Positions 38,324 to 49,662 of a DNA stretch of 64,000 nt are shown here, piece by piece. The stretch is from contig CBDCJO010000002.1 in assembly GCA_965217865.1 (NCBI GenBank), forward strand, positions 5,696,001-5,760,000, read 5' to 3'. Under the pieces are notes generated by a model. It made no database searches. It was not told the origin of the DNA and saw only the letters and a program-made list of their open reading frames with translations. Position 1 is the first letter of the stretch; each line of letters starts with the position of its first letter. Source of the stretch: Candidatus Latescibacterota bacterium (GTDB lineage Bacteria; Latescibacterota; UBA2968; SICM01). A program made the position numbers and the translations under genes.

Positions 38324-39175
38324 ATGACTCGGAACTTTCACTGCCTTCGAATCGCGCTTATCGTGGTTCTGTTCACAGGCGGTTGCAACAACAGTCCCAC
38401 GGATTCTGAGACAGCGTTCAAGCCGACCCTGTATCTCGAGGGTTTTTTGAGCGCAGGCAATCCGGTTGACGACCTCTTTGTAGGCGTCACAACGCCCCTT
38501 TACGAGACGGTCGACAGGGACCAGAGCGGACTCTCCGGCGCAGCGGTCACGCTCGAGGTAGACGGCACAACCTCCGAGTTGTCCCCCCTGCCCGGAAAGA
38601 CGGGCTACTACTATCTTCCAACCCTGATGAGGGTCGAACCGGGAAAGACTTATCGACTTACGGTGGAGGTCGAAGATGGGGTCGCTCAGGCCGAAACAAC
38701 AGTCCCCTTCCCGCCCACGGTTACGGCATCTTCCACCCGGCTACAGGTGGGAGGCGATTCCTTCAGTGCGACGTGGGAGGGTGAAACAGGGGCAGAATAC
38801 ATGACAGAAACCGTAGCCCAGTCTCTCGGGGATCAGATCCCTCTGGAGTCTCTGCTTGGGGGGTTCGGACGGTTCAGGGGATTTGGTGGAATCGGAATCG
38901 ACACGACCGGCTTTGCCGCCTTGAGGGACAGCCTGGCGCAGGCCAGCAGGTGGCGGTATACACAGAACCAATCGACAACCCTGGATCTGAGACAATTTTC
39001 TCACTACGGGACCTACGTTTTCCGGGTATTCGCCATAGACAAGAACTACGCGGACTTCCTGATTTCCAGCAACCAGGACCCTCAGACGCTGGACGAGCCC
39101 CGGTTCCACGTCTCGGGCGGAATCGGGCTCTTCGCCTCCATGGCGGCGGACTCTGTCGTTTTCACCCTGGAGTGA
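38324..39175 (+). CDS. Lipoprotein, DUF4249-like partner of the TonB receptor
   Basis: Lipobox-like TGGC; LEGFL..G; PGKTYRL.V; V.GGIGLFAS. Confidence 0.8.
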   Translation: MTRNFHCLRIALIVVLFTGGCNNSPTDSETAFKPTLYLEGFLSAGNPVDDLFVGVTTPLYETVDRDQSGLSGAAVTLEVDGTTSELSPLPGKTGYYYLPTLMRVEPGKTYRLTVEVEDGVAQAETTVPFPPTVTASSTRLQVGGDSFSATWEGETGAEYMTETVAQSLGDQIPLESLLGGFGRFRGFGGIGIDTTGFAALRDSLAQASRWRYTQNQSTTLDLRQFSHYGTYVFRVFAIDKNYADFLISSNQDPQTLDEPRFHVSGGIGLFASMAADSVVFTLE

Positions 39176-39256
39176 TACCAACCGAGACCCTACCAAGTTG
39201 ACATCGCAGATTGTCCCCTCTGGACGGAGACTTTTAGAGATTTGACATTTGGATAG

Positions 39257-39292
39257 AAAAAAGGACTTTGCATCAGATGCAAAGTCCTTTTC
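39257..39292. terminator. Bidirectional terminator-like hairpin (family also at 55871 and 63551)
   Basis: AAAAGGACTTTGCATC-A-GATGCAAAGTCCTTTT between convergent genes. Confidence 0.75.
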
Positions 39293-39351
39293 ATCTACAC
39301 CTCTTCTTGTCGTGCAGCGTCAGGCTAGGAATGTCTCGGGAGTCTGATTTG

Positions 39352-42300
39352 TTAGGTATTCACTGTCAGCCGGCCGATCAGCTCAGGGTATTTGTTCAGG
39401 GCTTCTGACATCCCGTCCATATCGAACATGCCGGATGCGTCGGCGAGGCGATGGCCCCATTGCTCGACGGGCGGACAGCCGTATTGTTGCCCCAGCGTCT
39501 TCATCCGGGTGGCAAATTCTTCGACTTCGTTTACTGTGAGAACGGCGCTGAGTTCCACAACCCTCGCCTTCTCGGTTTCGAGAACCTCCATCAACTCAGG
39601 GAGATTCTTTACGGTCGAAGGATCGAAGTCAGGGTCGCCGTTCTTCTGATCCTCGGGCACTTCGGATCCAAGTGCATCCTGGATCTCAGTGATGAGGCGA
39701 CTCAGTTCCTCCTGGACGAACGAAAGATGTGAATCGATCTCGGCTTGCCCATTTCCCTCGCGAATAGCGGATTCAAGAGTCTGGGCCCGCTGCTGCAGTT
39801 CTCCCGCCCCGATCGTCCCTGCGACACCCTTCAGCGAGTGTGACGTCCGCTCAGCGGCCTCTCGCTCCCCTTCCGAAAGCTGGGCACGCACCGTCTCCAC
39901 CGTCTTCGCCTCCTCTCCCGTGGCGAACCCCTTCACCAGCTTCTCGTAGAAATCCCGCTTGCCCATCACCCTCTTGAGGCCGCCCTCAACGTCCAGCCCG
40001 TCGATGGCGGCGAGGCCGGCAATGGGGTCGGATTCGTCGAGGACAGGGGCGGGCCCTATCTGTGGGGTTGCGTCTATGGATTCCCGATCGCCGTGCGGGA
40101 CCCACCTTAAGAGAGTCTTGAACAACACCTCAGGATCGATCGGCTTGGCGATGTGATCGTTCATTCCGGCTTCAACACATTTCTCGCGATCGCCTTCCAT
40201 GGCATTTGCCGTCATGGCCAGGATGGGAAGATCGGCAAACCGTGAATCTTTTCGGATTTCGCGTGTGGCACTTACACCATCCATCACAGGCATCTGCATG
40301 TCCATCAGAACGGCATCGAAAGGTTGTTGCTGAACTTTTTGAACGCCAATTTTACCATTTTCCGCCAACTCTGTTTCCAACCCGACTTGTCCAAGCAATT
40401 CGAGGGCAACCTGCTGGTTGAGTTCGTTATCCTCAACCACCAGAATACGGGCACCCCGAATGGGTGCAAGCATCTCAGGTGAGATGGCTTGTTCTTCGTG
40501 CTTTTCAGTTTGTTTGCTTTCGCCACCCAGTACCCGTATGGCTGAATCAAACAAAAGAGAGGGGGTGACGGGTTTGTTCAGGGTGATTTCTATGCCGACC
40601 TCATTGGCGCTTTGGATTAAGTCTTCACGTCCAAAAGCAGTAACCATGATGGGGTGTGGACGATTTTTGAGGGCTTGCGAATCCATCTGCCGGATGGTTT
40701 CGATGCCGTTTATGCCAGGAGGCATGTGCCAATCGACGAAGACAATCTCATAGCAGCCTGTTGAAAAAGTGCGTTTATGCCAAGATGACTGTTGTCTTTC
40801 CTTGTGGTTTGGTCCTATGATATATCAGGTTCAAACTGAGAAGGGAGGACGAGCAAATGGCAATGGGAAAACGAGGACGACAGAGACAGGAAAACCTGTT
40901 CATCGCATCGAACACTTTGGTGAAATCTCCGGGTCATCCGTTCTACGAGAAGCTGAATCAGGTATTGGGGGCGAACGGCTTCGACGAGTTCGTCGAGGGG
41001 CTTTGCCAGCGGTATTACGCTCCTCATATGGGTCGCAAGGGCATTCCGCCCGGGGTTTATTTTCGGATGCTTTTGATTGGGTATTTCGAGGGACTTGATT
41101 CGGAACGTGGGATCGAATGGCGTGTATCTGACTCGCTGACGTTGCGCCGGTTTTTGGGGTATGCCCTTGACGAACAGACCCCGGATCATTCCAGCCTGTC
41201 TCGCATCCGGCATCGGCTTCCCTTGGAAGTTCACGAAGCGGTTTTCAAGTGGATCCTGAGGGTCTTGTGCAAAGCGGGTCTGGTGAAGGGGAAGACGTTG
41301 GGCGTGGATGCTACGACACTGGAGGCCAACGCCGCGATGCGCAGCATTGTACGCCGTGACACGGGTGAAGGCTACCAGGCATTCCTTGAGAATCTGGCCA
41401 AGGCCTCGGGCATTGAAACGCCTAAACGTTTGCACAGACAGCGTATACGGGAGGTGGTTGCGGACAAAGGATATCATAGCAACGATGTATTGACCAGTCT
41501 GAAGCAAGGCGGCATCCGGAGTTACATTTCAGAACCGGATCGGGGACGCCGCAAGTGGAACGGCCGACGAGATGAGCAGGCCGCGGTATATGCGAATCGA
41601 CGCCGGATCAAGGGAGATCGCGGCAAGGCCTTGCGCCGAAGTCGTGCAGAACGGGTGGAAAGAACCATCGCTCACACATATGATACCGGTGGCATGCGCA
41701 GGTTGCACTTGAGAGACCGCGGCAATATCCTCAAGCGTTTGCTGATCCACATCGGGGGCTGCAACCTGGCTCTGCTCATGCGCAAAGTGATGGGCGTAGG
41801 TACTCCGAAGGCCCTCCAGGACCTGGCCAAGGCCTTGCAGCGTCTACTGCTCGTCCTACAATCACGTTTGCTGCCCTCGGTTACCTTTTTAACCTCTTAT
41901 CAGCGTCTCCTGCTCAATCTCCTTACCTTGATTTATCTGACCCGCACTCCAGGCGTCTTTTCCGTTTATGTGCGTTGAAAGGTAGTTCTTCAACGGGCTG
42001 ATAGGGATCACTGAGTGCATCCGCTTCGGAAATTGCCGACAACGCTTCTTCACCCGATGGCACGTCATCAACGCGGAAGGTCATATTAGAAAGCATGTCT
42101 GCGACGATCTTGCGCGCGTAAAGATTATCGTCTACAACAAGAGTCCGTCGGTTCCGCAAATCGGGTTCTGGTAGAAACTCTCGTTGTTTAGCTTTGCCAA
42201 TCCCAAGTTGGGCGGTGAACCAAAATGTGCTTCCTTTGCCGCGTTCGCTTTCGACGCCGACATCACCTCCCATGAGATTGGCAAGGTTTTTGGAGATGGC

Positions 42301-43959
42301 CAGTCCCAAACCGGTGCCACCAAATTTTCGGGTTGTCGACGTATCGGCCTGCTGAAAGGATTGGAAAAGTTTTTCTTTCTGCTCAGGCGTAAGGCCAATA
42401 CCTGTGTCCTGAACTTCGAATCGAACCATCAAGTCGCCATTCGTTTCGCTGATTTTTCTTGCACGAACAAAGATTTCACCCGTTTCAGTAAATTTGACAG
42501 CATTGTTGGCATAGTTGATAAGCACCTGTCCGATGCGCAAGGGATCACCCTTAAGGTCAAGAGGCAGATCTGGATCAATATCTACAATCAGTTCCAGATC
42601 TTTAGATGACGCTTTTTCCCCGACAAGATTCGCAACATTGTCGAAGACACGATCGAGCTCGAAGTTGATGGTTTCGACATCGAGCTTTCCGGCTTCTATC
42701 TTGGAAAAATCAAGAATGTCGTTAATAATGCCCAAAAGGTGCTTGCCGGAATCTTGGATTTTGTCCACATAGTCTCGTTGCTTGGCATCAAGGTCTGTTT
42801 TGAGCGCTAAATATGCCATGCCGATGATGGCGTTCATCGGCGTGCGAATTTCGTGGCTCATGTTTGCCAAAAAATTCGCTTTCTCCTGTGCCGACGATTC
42901 GGCCGCTTCTTTGGCCTTTTCGCTTTCTCCATGACTTTTTTTAATCGATTTTGTCATCTGATTAAATGTGGAGGTGATGATAAAAGTCAGTGCCAGTCCA
43001 ACGAGAATCGCAACCACACCTACGCCACTGATGAGCGTAATATTCCGATTGATTCCCTCCACAAGCTGGGGCGGCCCGATGTGATCTTGTACAGCTTTAA
43101 TGTCGAGTTTAACATCTTCATCATCTTTGGCGATTTCTGGACCCAAACGATCAAGCGTATGTTTGATGATATGATTGCGATCAATTATGATGTCCACCAA
43201 TTCTGTGAATGTGGTTTTATAGTCTGCAAATGCCAGCATAATAGAACCGTGCATGCGCCGTCGCTGGTCGTTTTGCAGCTCTTTATCCAGAAGGCCCAGG
43301 CGTTCCTCTACATTTGCAAATTCCTGACCCACCCGATCGACAGATCGCTGGTCGTTGTTGACTAGAAACTTAGCCACATAGAGACGTGCCAAAAGCAGAT
43401 GCTTCATGGCTAATCCAGCTTGAAAACCAGCCTCCCGGTCCCCACTTTCCTGCGCAGAAACCATCAGGCCCGTCAATGTACTTTCCATATAAGGCCCTTT
43501 TTGATCAAGCACCTTAAACACCGCATCATTCCGTTTTTCTTTGTACTCAATCACCTTGTCAAATGCTGCCACATATTCGGTTAGACGCGCTTCTACAGAG
43601 TCAATTTTTACCGCACGTTCGGATTTCTGAATTTCGATTTGAGATTCTTCCAAGAATCCAGCCATTTTTCGATAATAATCTGCATATTGCTGCAAATCCT
43701 TATAGCTGCCGGTAATAATGAAATCCTTTACATTCATGCGGACCATTAGCATGTTGGCCTGTAAACGCCCCGACAGATTGGTGTCGCGAGCCATTTCTCT
43801 ATATTCGGTAAACCCGGAGGCAGACTGATATTGCGCAAAATAGCCCACACCCGCCACTAAGGTCATCAGCAGAAGAATAGTCAGAAATCCAAAGAATATC
43901 TTCTTACCAGGACTGATGTCTCTTATGGTCACATATATTTTTTTTAGGTTTGCCAGCAT
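39352..43959 (-). pseudogene. Hybrid sensor kinase (TM, periplasmic helical sensor, HisKA, HATPase, REC, REC, Hpt) interrupted by an IS
   Basis: [14 protein letters not shown]; GGTGLGL. Removing the IS and one ATAG restores DPY|EIVFVDWHMP. Second REC MDMQMPVMDG; Hpt HSLKG. Confidence 0.92.
40754..42000 (+). mobile_element. Second copy of the IS1182/IS5-like element with a 279-bp in-frame internal deletion (transposase 40857-41978)
   Basis: Same termini; 4-bp target duplication ATAG (40750-53, 42001-04); ETP|KRL junction. Confidence 0.93.
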
Positions 43960-44231
43960 GTATGTGACTCCCTGTTAAGACAATATAAAATTTGAGAATT
44001 CAAATAAAGGTGGTTTAACGACCCCTGTTCAGCCAATTTTCAGTCAATGAATCGGACCAACCCACCGAAACGAGGCCCCCCATCAAACCGTCCGCTCGAA
44101 GTCCGGAAACGTCCGCCCGTTTCGAACAGCTATTCAGAAGCCGGTTCCCATCAAGAGGAAATTTGGTGGTATCGACTTAGACCCTCTCCCGCAAGGGGTT
44201 TCCATCAATCTTCGGATTGAGCAAATGCATT

Positions 44232-44260
44232 AATTTAACATTTCATGATGGTGATGTCAA
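44232..44260 (-). promoter_or_regulatory. sigma70-type promoter, duplicate of 11046-11074
   Basis: Minus strand TTGACA-N17-TAAATT with TG extension. Confidence 0.7.
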
Positions 44261-44514
44261 CGGCAGTTTTTGTAACCTTCGACTTGGCATGACTGGGGTG
44301 ACCGATGGCTTGATTTTTCCGTATCCCCGCGTCTAAACGGCCCTTTTATGCAACCGGGAAACTTCCACATATGCTTGAACCAAGCAGATATTTACGTTAT
44401 ATTTTGAATTCTTGGGGATAGAGGTAATCATTAGGATGCTCCCGTTCCATCTGTGCCCGCGGTGGGAGTAGAAGTAAACGGTGCCCGGCATGGGGTGCTT
44501 TGACATAAAACCCT

Positions 44515-45348
44515 ATGAAACTACAAAGACTCGAATTGAAGAAGGTGACGCCGAATTGCGGTGTTGAAGTGGATGGTATCGACCTTTCGCGTCCGCTCGA
44601 CAAACCCACGATCGAGACACTCACCAATGCTCTTGCCGAGCACTGCGTGCTGTTCTTCCGGGACCAGGAGCTGACTCCCGAACAGCAAAAGGCGCTGGGC
44701 CGTCATTTCGGTGAATTACACATTCATCCCGCCTGGCCCAGGTTGGTCCAGGGGCATCCGGAAGTTATGGAGATTTACGCCGACGAGAACACCAAACGGA
44801 TTGCCGGTGAAGAATGGCACTCGGACGTTTCCTGTGACCCGGAACCCCCTCTGGGGACGATCCTTTATATGCTCGAAACACCGCCGGTGGGCGGCGATAC
44901 CTTGTTTGCGAACACGAATGCAGCCTTTGAAGCGTTGTCAGAAGCGTTCAAGGGCTTCCTTGAAGGGAAGACTGCAGTGCACGACGGCGAACACGTTTAT
45001 CGTCGTGGTTATGGAGATGTGAAGGAAGAGGGTAAAACGTACCCGCGATCCGAGCATCCGGTGGTGCGCACGCATCCGATCAATGGCCGCAAACTGCTGT
45101 TCGTAAACCGTACTTTCACCACGCGGATCGTTCAACTCACGCAGCGAGAGAGCGACGCGGTGCTCAAAATGCTTTTTGAGCATATCGAGCAGCCGGAGTT
45201 CCATTGCCGTTTCCAGTGGGAGCAAGGGTCGGTGGCGTTCTGGGACAATCGCTGTGTTCAGCATCACGCCATGTGGGACTACTACCCGAACCACCGACGC
45301 GGCCTGCGTGTAACTATCAAGGGTGATGCACCGTTCTATCGCGCCTGA
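44515..45348 (+). CDS. TauD/TfdA family 2-oxoglutarate dioxygenase
   Basis: VLFFRDQ, WHSD, GGDT, HPVVRTHP, WDNR..QH.A..DY. Confidence 0.92.
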   Translation: MKLQRLELKKVTPNCGVEVDGIDLSRPLDKPTIETLTNALAEHCVLFFRDQELTPEQQKALGRHFGELHIHPAWPRLVQGHPEVMEIYADENTKRIAGEEWHSDVSCDPEPPLGTILYMLETPPVGGDTLFANTNAAFEALSEAFKGFLEGKTAVHDGEHVYRRGYGDVKEEGKTYPRSEHPVVRTHPINGRKLLFVNRTFTTRIVQLTQRESDAVLKMLFEHIEQPEFHCRFQWEQGSVAFWDNRCVQHHAMWDYYPNHRRGLRVTIKGDAPFYRA

Positions 45349-45431
45349 TATGGACCGACCACGACTGTAGAGGAAACCATCGACTTCAGCCACCCCCAAT
45401 CAAAAATTGCGTTAGGAAAGGGGCGTAAGAT

Positions 45432-45875
45432 ATGGTTAAGGAATTGCTTGTTCTGGTCACCATCTTGCTCTGTGTCCCCTGTGCGGGATTCGCTACGAGC
45501 CAGGAGACGGGCGAAGAGAGAATTACGGAGCAGGAGGTGGCTTGTGAGCTCGGAAGGAATCTGGCGGTTAACTTGGTGGTCGAGCCCGGTGAGGACAAAG
45601 AAGGGATTACCATCATAACTGCGACCGAACGCTTCGCCGTAAGCATTGAAACAGATAAGGATGGAAAAGGGATAAAGTTACACCTCCAGGGACAGATTCG
45701 GCTGAGTGACGATCAGCGGATTTTGGTAAGCTATGAAGTTCGGATACACGGGATTGGCAGCCAAGGCCAATTCGCCTTTAAGTTAGAAGGAAGTGCGTTA
45801 CTGGAAGAAGGCAACCAGGTGATCATAGCGAAATCTAAAGATATTGTATTAAAGTTGAGAGTCGGGGGGGTTTAG
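45432..45875 (+). CDS. Hypothetical secreted protein
   Basis: Signal-peptide-like N-terminus; beta-rich ORF. Confidence 0.6.
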   Translation: MVKELLVLVTILLCVPCAGFATSQETGEERITEQEVACELGRNLAVNLVVEPGEDKEGITIITATERFAVSIETDKDGKGIKLHLQGQIRLSDDQRILVSYEVRIHGIGSQGQFAFKLEGSALLEEGNQVIIAKSKDIVLKLRVGGV

Positions 45876-45977
45876 AATGAGTTTAGGTGCTCTTCTCCCA
45901 TGGCGGGCCGTTGCACCAAGCCACTTTGTGGCTTCGTATGATTCAAAGTTCCGGTTGAGAAGGGAGATTCAAAAGAG

Positions 45978-46559
45978 ATGCCAGACACACCCAAGGTTTT
46001 ACTACTCGGCGACTCCATACGCATGAGCTACCAGCCCCTTGTTGCCCGTCTGCTTGATGGCAGGGCACAGGTGGTTGGCCCTTCCGACAACTGTCAGTAC
46101 AGCCTCTTCACCCTGTCTTCGCTGGGTAGATGGATTGGCGAACTCGGACAACCTGATATAGTTCATTGGAACAACGGAATTCACGACGCGGGACACAATC
46201 CTGCCCGAAACCCGGTGCAGATTCCGATCGATATGTACCGGGCCAACCTGGAGTTCATTCTCAATATCTTGGTCGCGTGGACTCCCAAGGTGATCTGGGC
46301 AACCAGCACACCCGTCCACCCCGACAGACCGTTCCGCGATACCGAGTGGTCGTGGCGTAACGAGGAAATCGATAGGTACAATGACGCGGCACTGCAATTG
46401 ATGGATTCCCGTGGTGTGCCCATCAATGACCTACACGCGTTGGTGTGGGCTAACATGCCCGAGTTTCTGAGCCAGGATCAGCTTCACTTATCCGAGGCAG
46501 GAGAGAAAGCGTGCGCTCAAGCAGCAGCAGACAGCGTCTCCATACTTCTGGAACCATAA
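45978..46559 (+). CDS. SGNH/GDSL hydrolase
   Basis: LLGDSI, WNNGIHD, STPV, DQLH. Confidence 0.88.
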   Translation: MPDTPKVLLLGDSIRMSYQPLVARLLDGRAQVVGPSDNCQYSLFTLSSLGRWIGELGQPDIVHWNNGIHDAGHNPARNPVQIPIDMYRANLEFILNILVAWTPKVIWATSTPVHPDRPFRDTEWSWRNEEIDRYNDAALQLMDSRGVPINDLHALVWANMPEFLSQDQLHLSEAGEKACAQAAADSVSILLEP

Positions 46560-46619
46560 TGATGAAAACGGAATATGGCCGAATCCTTTCATCTCTCACA
46601 CATGTCCAGGAGGTGAACG

Positions 46620-47624
46620 TTGGAGTATAGAAACTTCGGTTCAGCGGGTGTTAAAGTGTCGCCGATCGCTCTCGGGTTGGGATTCAGGGGACAGGATGAT
46701 GAGAAGGAAGCCGAACGTGTGATCGTTCACGCGCTCGACTCCGGAATCAACCTGATCGACTGTGCCAATATCTACAGTCTCACGGACGATCCCGACCCGC
46801 ACGCGACTCGATCTGAGATGATCCTCGGAAGAGCGTTGAAGGGGAGACGCGACGACGTCGTGATCACATCCAAGGTCACCAGCGTCATCGGACCTGGGCC
46901 GAACGATTACAGCAGCTCGCGATATCACATCATGCGCGAGATCGAGCGGTCTCTGAAACGGCTCGACACCGATCGGATCGACGTCTACATCCTTCACCTT
47001 TGGGATCCCACCACGCCCATCGAAGAGACGCTCCGGGCGCTCGACGACATTCAGAGGCAGGGCAAGGTTTGCTACGTAGGGTGCAGCAACCTTGCGGCGT
47101 GGCAAGTTGCACTCTCGCTTGGAGTCCAGGATGGGATCGGCGCTTCGCGATTCATCTGCGTGCAGCACCCCTACAGCTTGCTCAATCGACAGCTAGAGCA
47201 GGAGATGTTTGGGCTCGTTAGGCACGAGGGGCTCGGCGTCATGGCCTACAGCCCGCTCGGCGTCGGTCTGTTGAGCGGCGTTTACAAGCCCGGCGAGGCG
47301 CCGCCCGAGGGAATGCTGTGGGCAACCCGGCGCCGGCATACGTTCGAGCAGATGACGTCCGGCCCGGCTTCGAAGGTGCTGGAGACCCTTACCGACATAG
47401 CGATGGCGCGTGGCAAGAGTCCGGCTCAGGCAGCGATGAACTGGGTGCTTTCAAAACCGGAGATCACGGTTACGATCTCCGGAGCCGATACCACAGAGCA
47501 TGTCGATGATGTGCTCGGCTCCCTGGATTGGAAACTGTCCTCCGAAGAGATGAAGCGACTTGACGAGGCTTCGTCGCCGATGGGAACTGACCTGGACGCT
47601 CCCGGAATCGAGCGACGCGATTGA
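46620..47624 (+). CDS. Aldo/keto reductase
   Basis: GINLIDCANIY, SLKRLDTDRID.Y.LH, GCSN, YSPL. Confidence 0.92.
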   Translation: MEYRNFGSAGVKVSPIALGLGFRGQDDEKEAERVIVHALDSGINLIDCANIYSLTDDPDPHATRSEMILGRALKGRRDDVVITSKVTSVIGPGPNDYSSSRYHIMREIERSLKRLDTDRIDVYILHLWDPTTPIEETLRALDDIQRQGKVCYVGCSNLAAWQVALSLGVQDGIGASRFICVQHPYSLLNRQLEQEMFGLVRHEGLGVMAYSPLGVGLLSGVYKPGEAPPEGMLWATRRRHTFEQMTSGPASKVLETLTDIAMARGKSPAQAAMNWVLSKPEITVTISGADTTEHVDDVLGSLDWKLSSEEMKRLDEASSPMGTDLDAPGIERRD

Positions 47625-47766
47625 CCGCCTGACTGAACCTGAAGGCTTTTGTTCCGTCAAAGGATTTTGAGTTGTCCAAAAGATTTAAACATTGGATTTG
47701 ATCTTATATGACCCGGGTTGAGATCATATGGAAAATGTGGGTTTACATCTCATTCGTGGAGAAGCT

Positions 47767-48165
47767 ATGGAAAGCCTTCGAAAACAGGTCGAAAACTGTC
47801 TGGAGAAATTTCAAAAGGGATCTCTTACGGGGCAGGACTTTCAAAGAGTGCTCGATTTCATTGATGGTGGCGAACCCCGGCGCTGTAAGCAGAGTCTGCT
47901 CTACATCTATTCCAGGTCCAACTCGGTGACAGGATCGGCGCTCAGCGTCAGCATCGTCGAGTGCGGGAAAGAATACGTGAAAAAAGCCGAAGCGTGCAAC
48001 AAGGACCGTAACGGACTTGATGCCGATGGGAACTTCATCTACAAATCGGCCTACGAGGCAATGGAGGATGGCTGGCGGGTTATCAAGTTCCCGGAGATGT
48101 CGCTGGCGATGGACGAACAGAACAATTACGGCCTCGGTTACGAGTTTATACTCGAGCGTCATTAG
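47767..48165 (+). CDS. Small hypothetical protein, homolog of 4746-5027 (PhyH-associated)
   Basis: YKSAYEAMEDGWRVIKFP...YEFILER; start 47767 or 47728. Confidence 0.85.
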   Translation: MESLRKQVENCLEKFQKGSLTGQDFQRVLDFIDGGEPRRCKQSLLYIYSRSNSVTGSALSVSIVECGKEYVKKAEACNKDRNGLDADGNFIYKSAYEAMEDGWRVIKFPEMSLAMDEQNNYGLGYEFILERH

Positions 48166-48209
48166 CAAACCCTGACGCGGATTGTTTCAACTTCAAGAGG
48201 AGGCTCAAC

Positions 48210-49091
48210 GTGGAACGACGAGCGCCTTACGGTGAATGTTATGATTGCGAACCGACGCTGTCGGATGTGGAGGTGATCGAGTTCTGCAAGAACGGCTACC
48301 TCATGCTCGAAGGCGTCGTCCCCGAGGCGATCAACAGGAAGACCATCCGTTATCTCGATGAGGTGGACGACTCCGGGGAACCGACGCCCATCATGGGCCA
48401 GGAGTGGTTCGTCGAGGGCGTCCTCAAGAACCCTTTGGCGGCCGGGGCGGTTCGCTCTCTCCTGGGTATGGACTTTTCTCTGCCCGTGATCATCAGCAAC
48501 CATCGCGTCAAGATGCCCAGGGAGGCCCAGGGGTGGCACCGGGACAGTGGATCGCTCTATTCCCGCAAACTCGATCATCTCCAGGTGTTTTACTACCCGG
48601 AGAACTGCCCGCCCGAGTTTGGTCCCACCAAGGTCCTTCCGGGATCACACTTCTTGCGCATCAAATCTCCCATGATGGCCAACTTCGGCCATATTTCGGG
48701 CACGGTGTCAACCGCTGCTCCGGCCGGTTCTATTTTCTTGACCGTGTACTCCATCTGGCATCACCGAAGTACGTCCACGGCCGAATCGTCCCTGAAAGTA
48801 CCTATTCGCAACATGCTCAAATACAACTACTGGCGCACGACCAAACCGAAACGCGACTGGAAGGTCGATCCCGGTTTTGACTTTTCCACGGTCGATTTCA
48901 ATCCACCCAATCCCCCCTTTATCGAAGGCTTCCAGGGCGCGGCCGCGGCGGCCCGGATGTTCTCCTGGCTCTGCGGATTGTCCGATCAATATGTGAATAG
49001 AGGCGGTCAGTCCTGGCCGGTTGCACCTACTGTTCGGGATGGCACGGAGCAGATGGGGATACCCGATGGACTCCGGAAGGATGTGAGGTAA
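48210..49091 (+). CDS. Phytanoyl-CoA dioxygenase family protein
   Basis: F..NGY, WHRD, QVFYYP, GPT.VLPGSH, SIWH. Confidence 0.88.
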   Translation: MERRAPYGECYDCEPTLSDVEVIEFCKNGYLMLEGVVPEAINRKTIRYLDEVDDSGEPTPIMGQEWFVEGVLKNPLAAGAVRSLLGMDFSLPVIISNHRVKMPREAQGWHRDSGSLYSRKLDHLQVFYYPENCPPEFGPTKVLPGSHFLRIKSPMMANFGHISGTVSTAAPAGSIFLTVYSIWHHRSTSTAESSLKVPIRNMLKYNYWRTTKPKRDWKVDPGFDFSTVDFNPPNPPFIEGFQGAAAAARMFSWLCGLSDQYVNRGGQSWPVAPTVRDGTEQMGIPDGLRKDVR

Positions 49092-49253
49092 ATGGCCATC
49101 ATGTTTTGAAAGTGATCAGCTTCGATCCTGAAAGGGACAGCTGGATCATGAGGTCCGGGCTTTATATTTTCCAGGAGCACCCATAGTTCTGCCGCGTATG
49201 GCCATCCGAGAAATCTCAGATCAATCGATTCCAAGCCAGGAGGGTAAGTCGCT

Positions 49254-49622
49254 ATGGCTACCATGTCGTTTCACAAGTCCGCAGAATGGAAGACCGGTCT
49301 CAGGACCTACTTTGAGTACCGGGATCTCGGAATCGTAAAGGCCACCAAGGGTAAGGTCCTCGCGCACGTCATCCGTGCCTGTGGACCTTGCAGCGGTCCC
49401 GGTGGCTATCACACCCACGATCTTGAGTTCCAGATGAACTACGTGTTGAACGGCTGGACCCGGGTCGAATTCGAAGACGTCGGTGAGGTCCGCTTCGAGG
49501 CCGGCGACAGTTGGTACCAAGACCCCAACATCAAACACGAAGTCCTGGAATTCTCCGAAGATTTCGAAGTTATCGAGATCACTATGCCGGCGGAATTCCC
49601 GACCAAGGACGCGCTACGCTGA
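49254..49622 (+). CDS. Cupin domain protein
   Basis: GLR..FEYRDLG, HTH...FQ..YVL.GW, HEV, EIT.PA.F. Confidence 0.88.
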   Translation: MATMSFHKSAEWKTGLRTYFEYRDLGIVKATKGKVLAHVIRACGPCSGPGGYHTHDLEFQMNYVLNGWTRVEFEDVGEVRFEAGDSWYQDPNIKHEVLEFSEDFEVIEITMPAEFPTKDALR

Positions 49623-49662
49623 TCAATCGGGCGGGGGCGTGCGCGCCTCAGGGAGGTGACAG

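Noticed and set aside
41923-42000. C-terminal tail of the 678-aa kinase ORF as a real domain
   Set aside because: It is read-through into the IS terminus.
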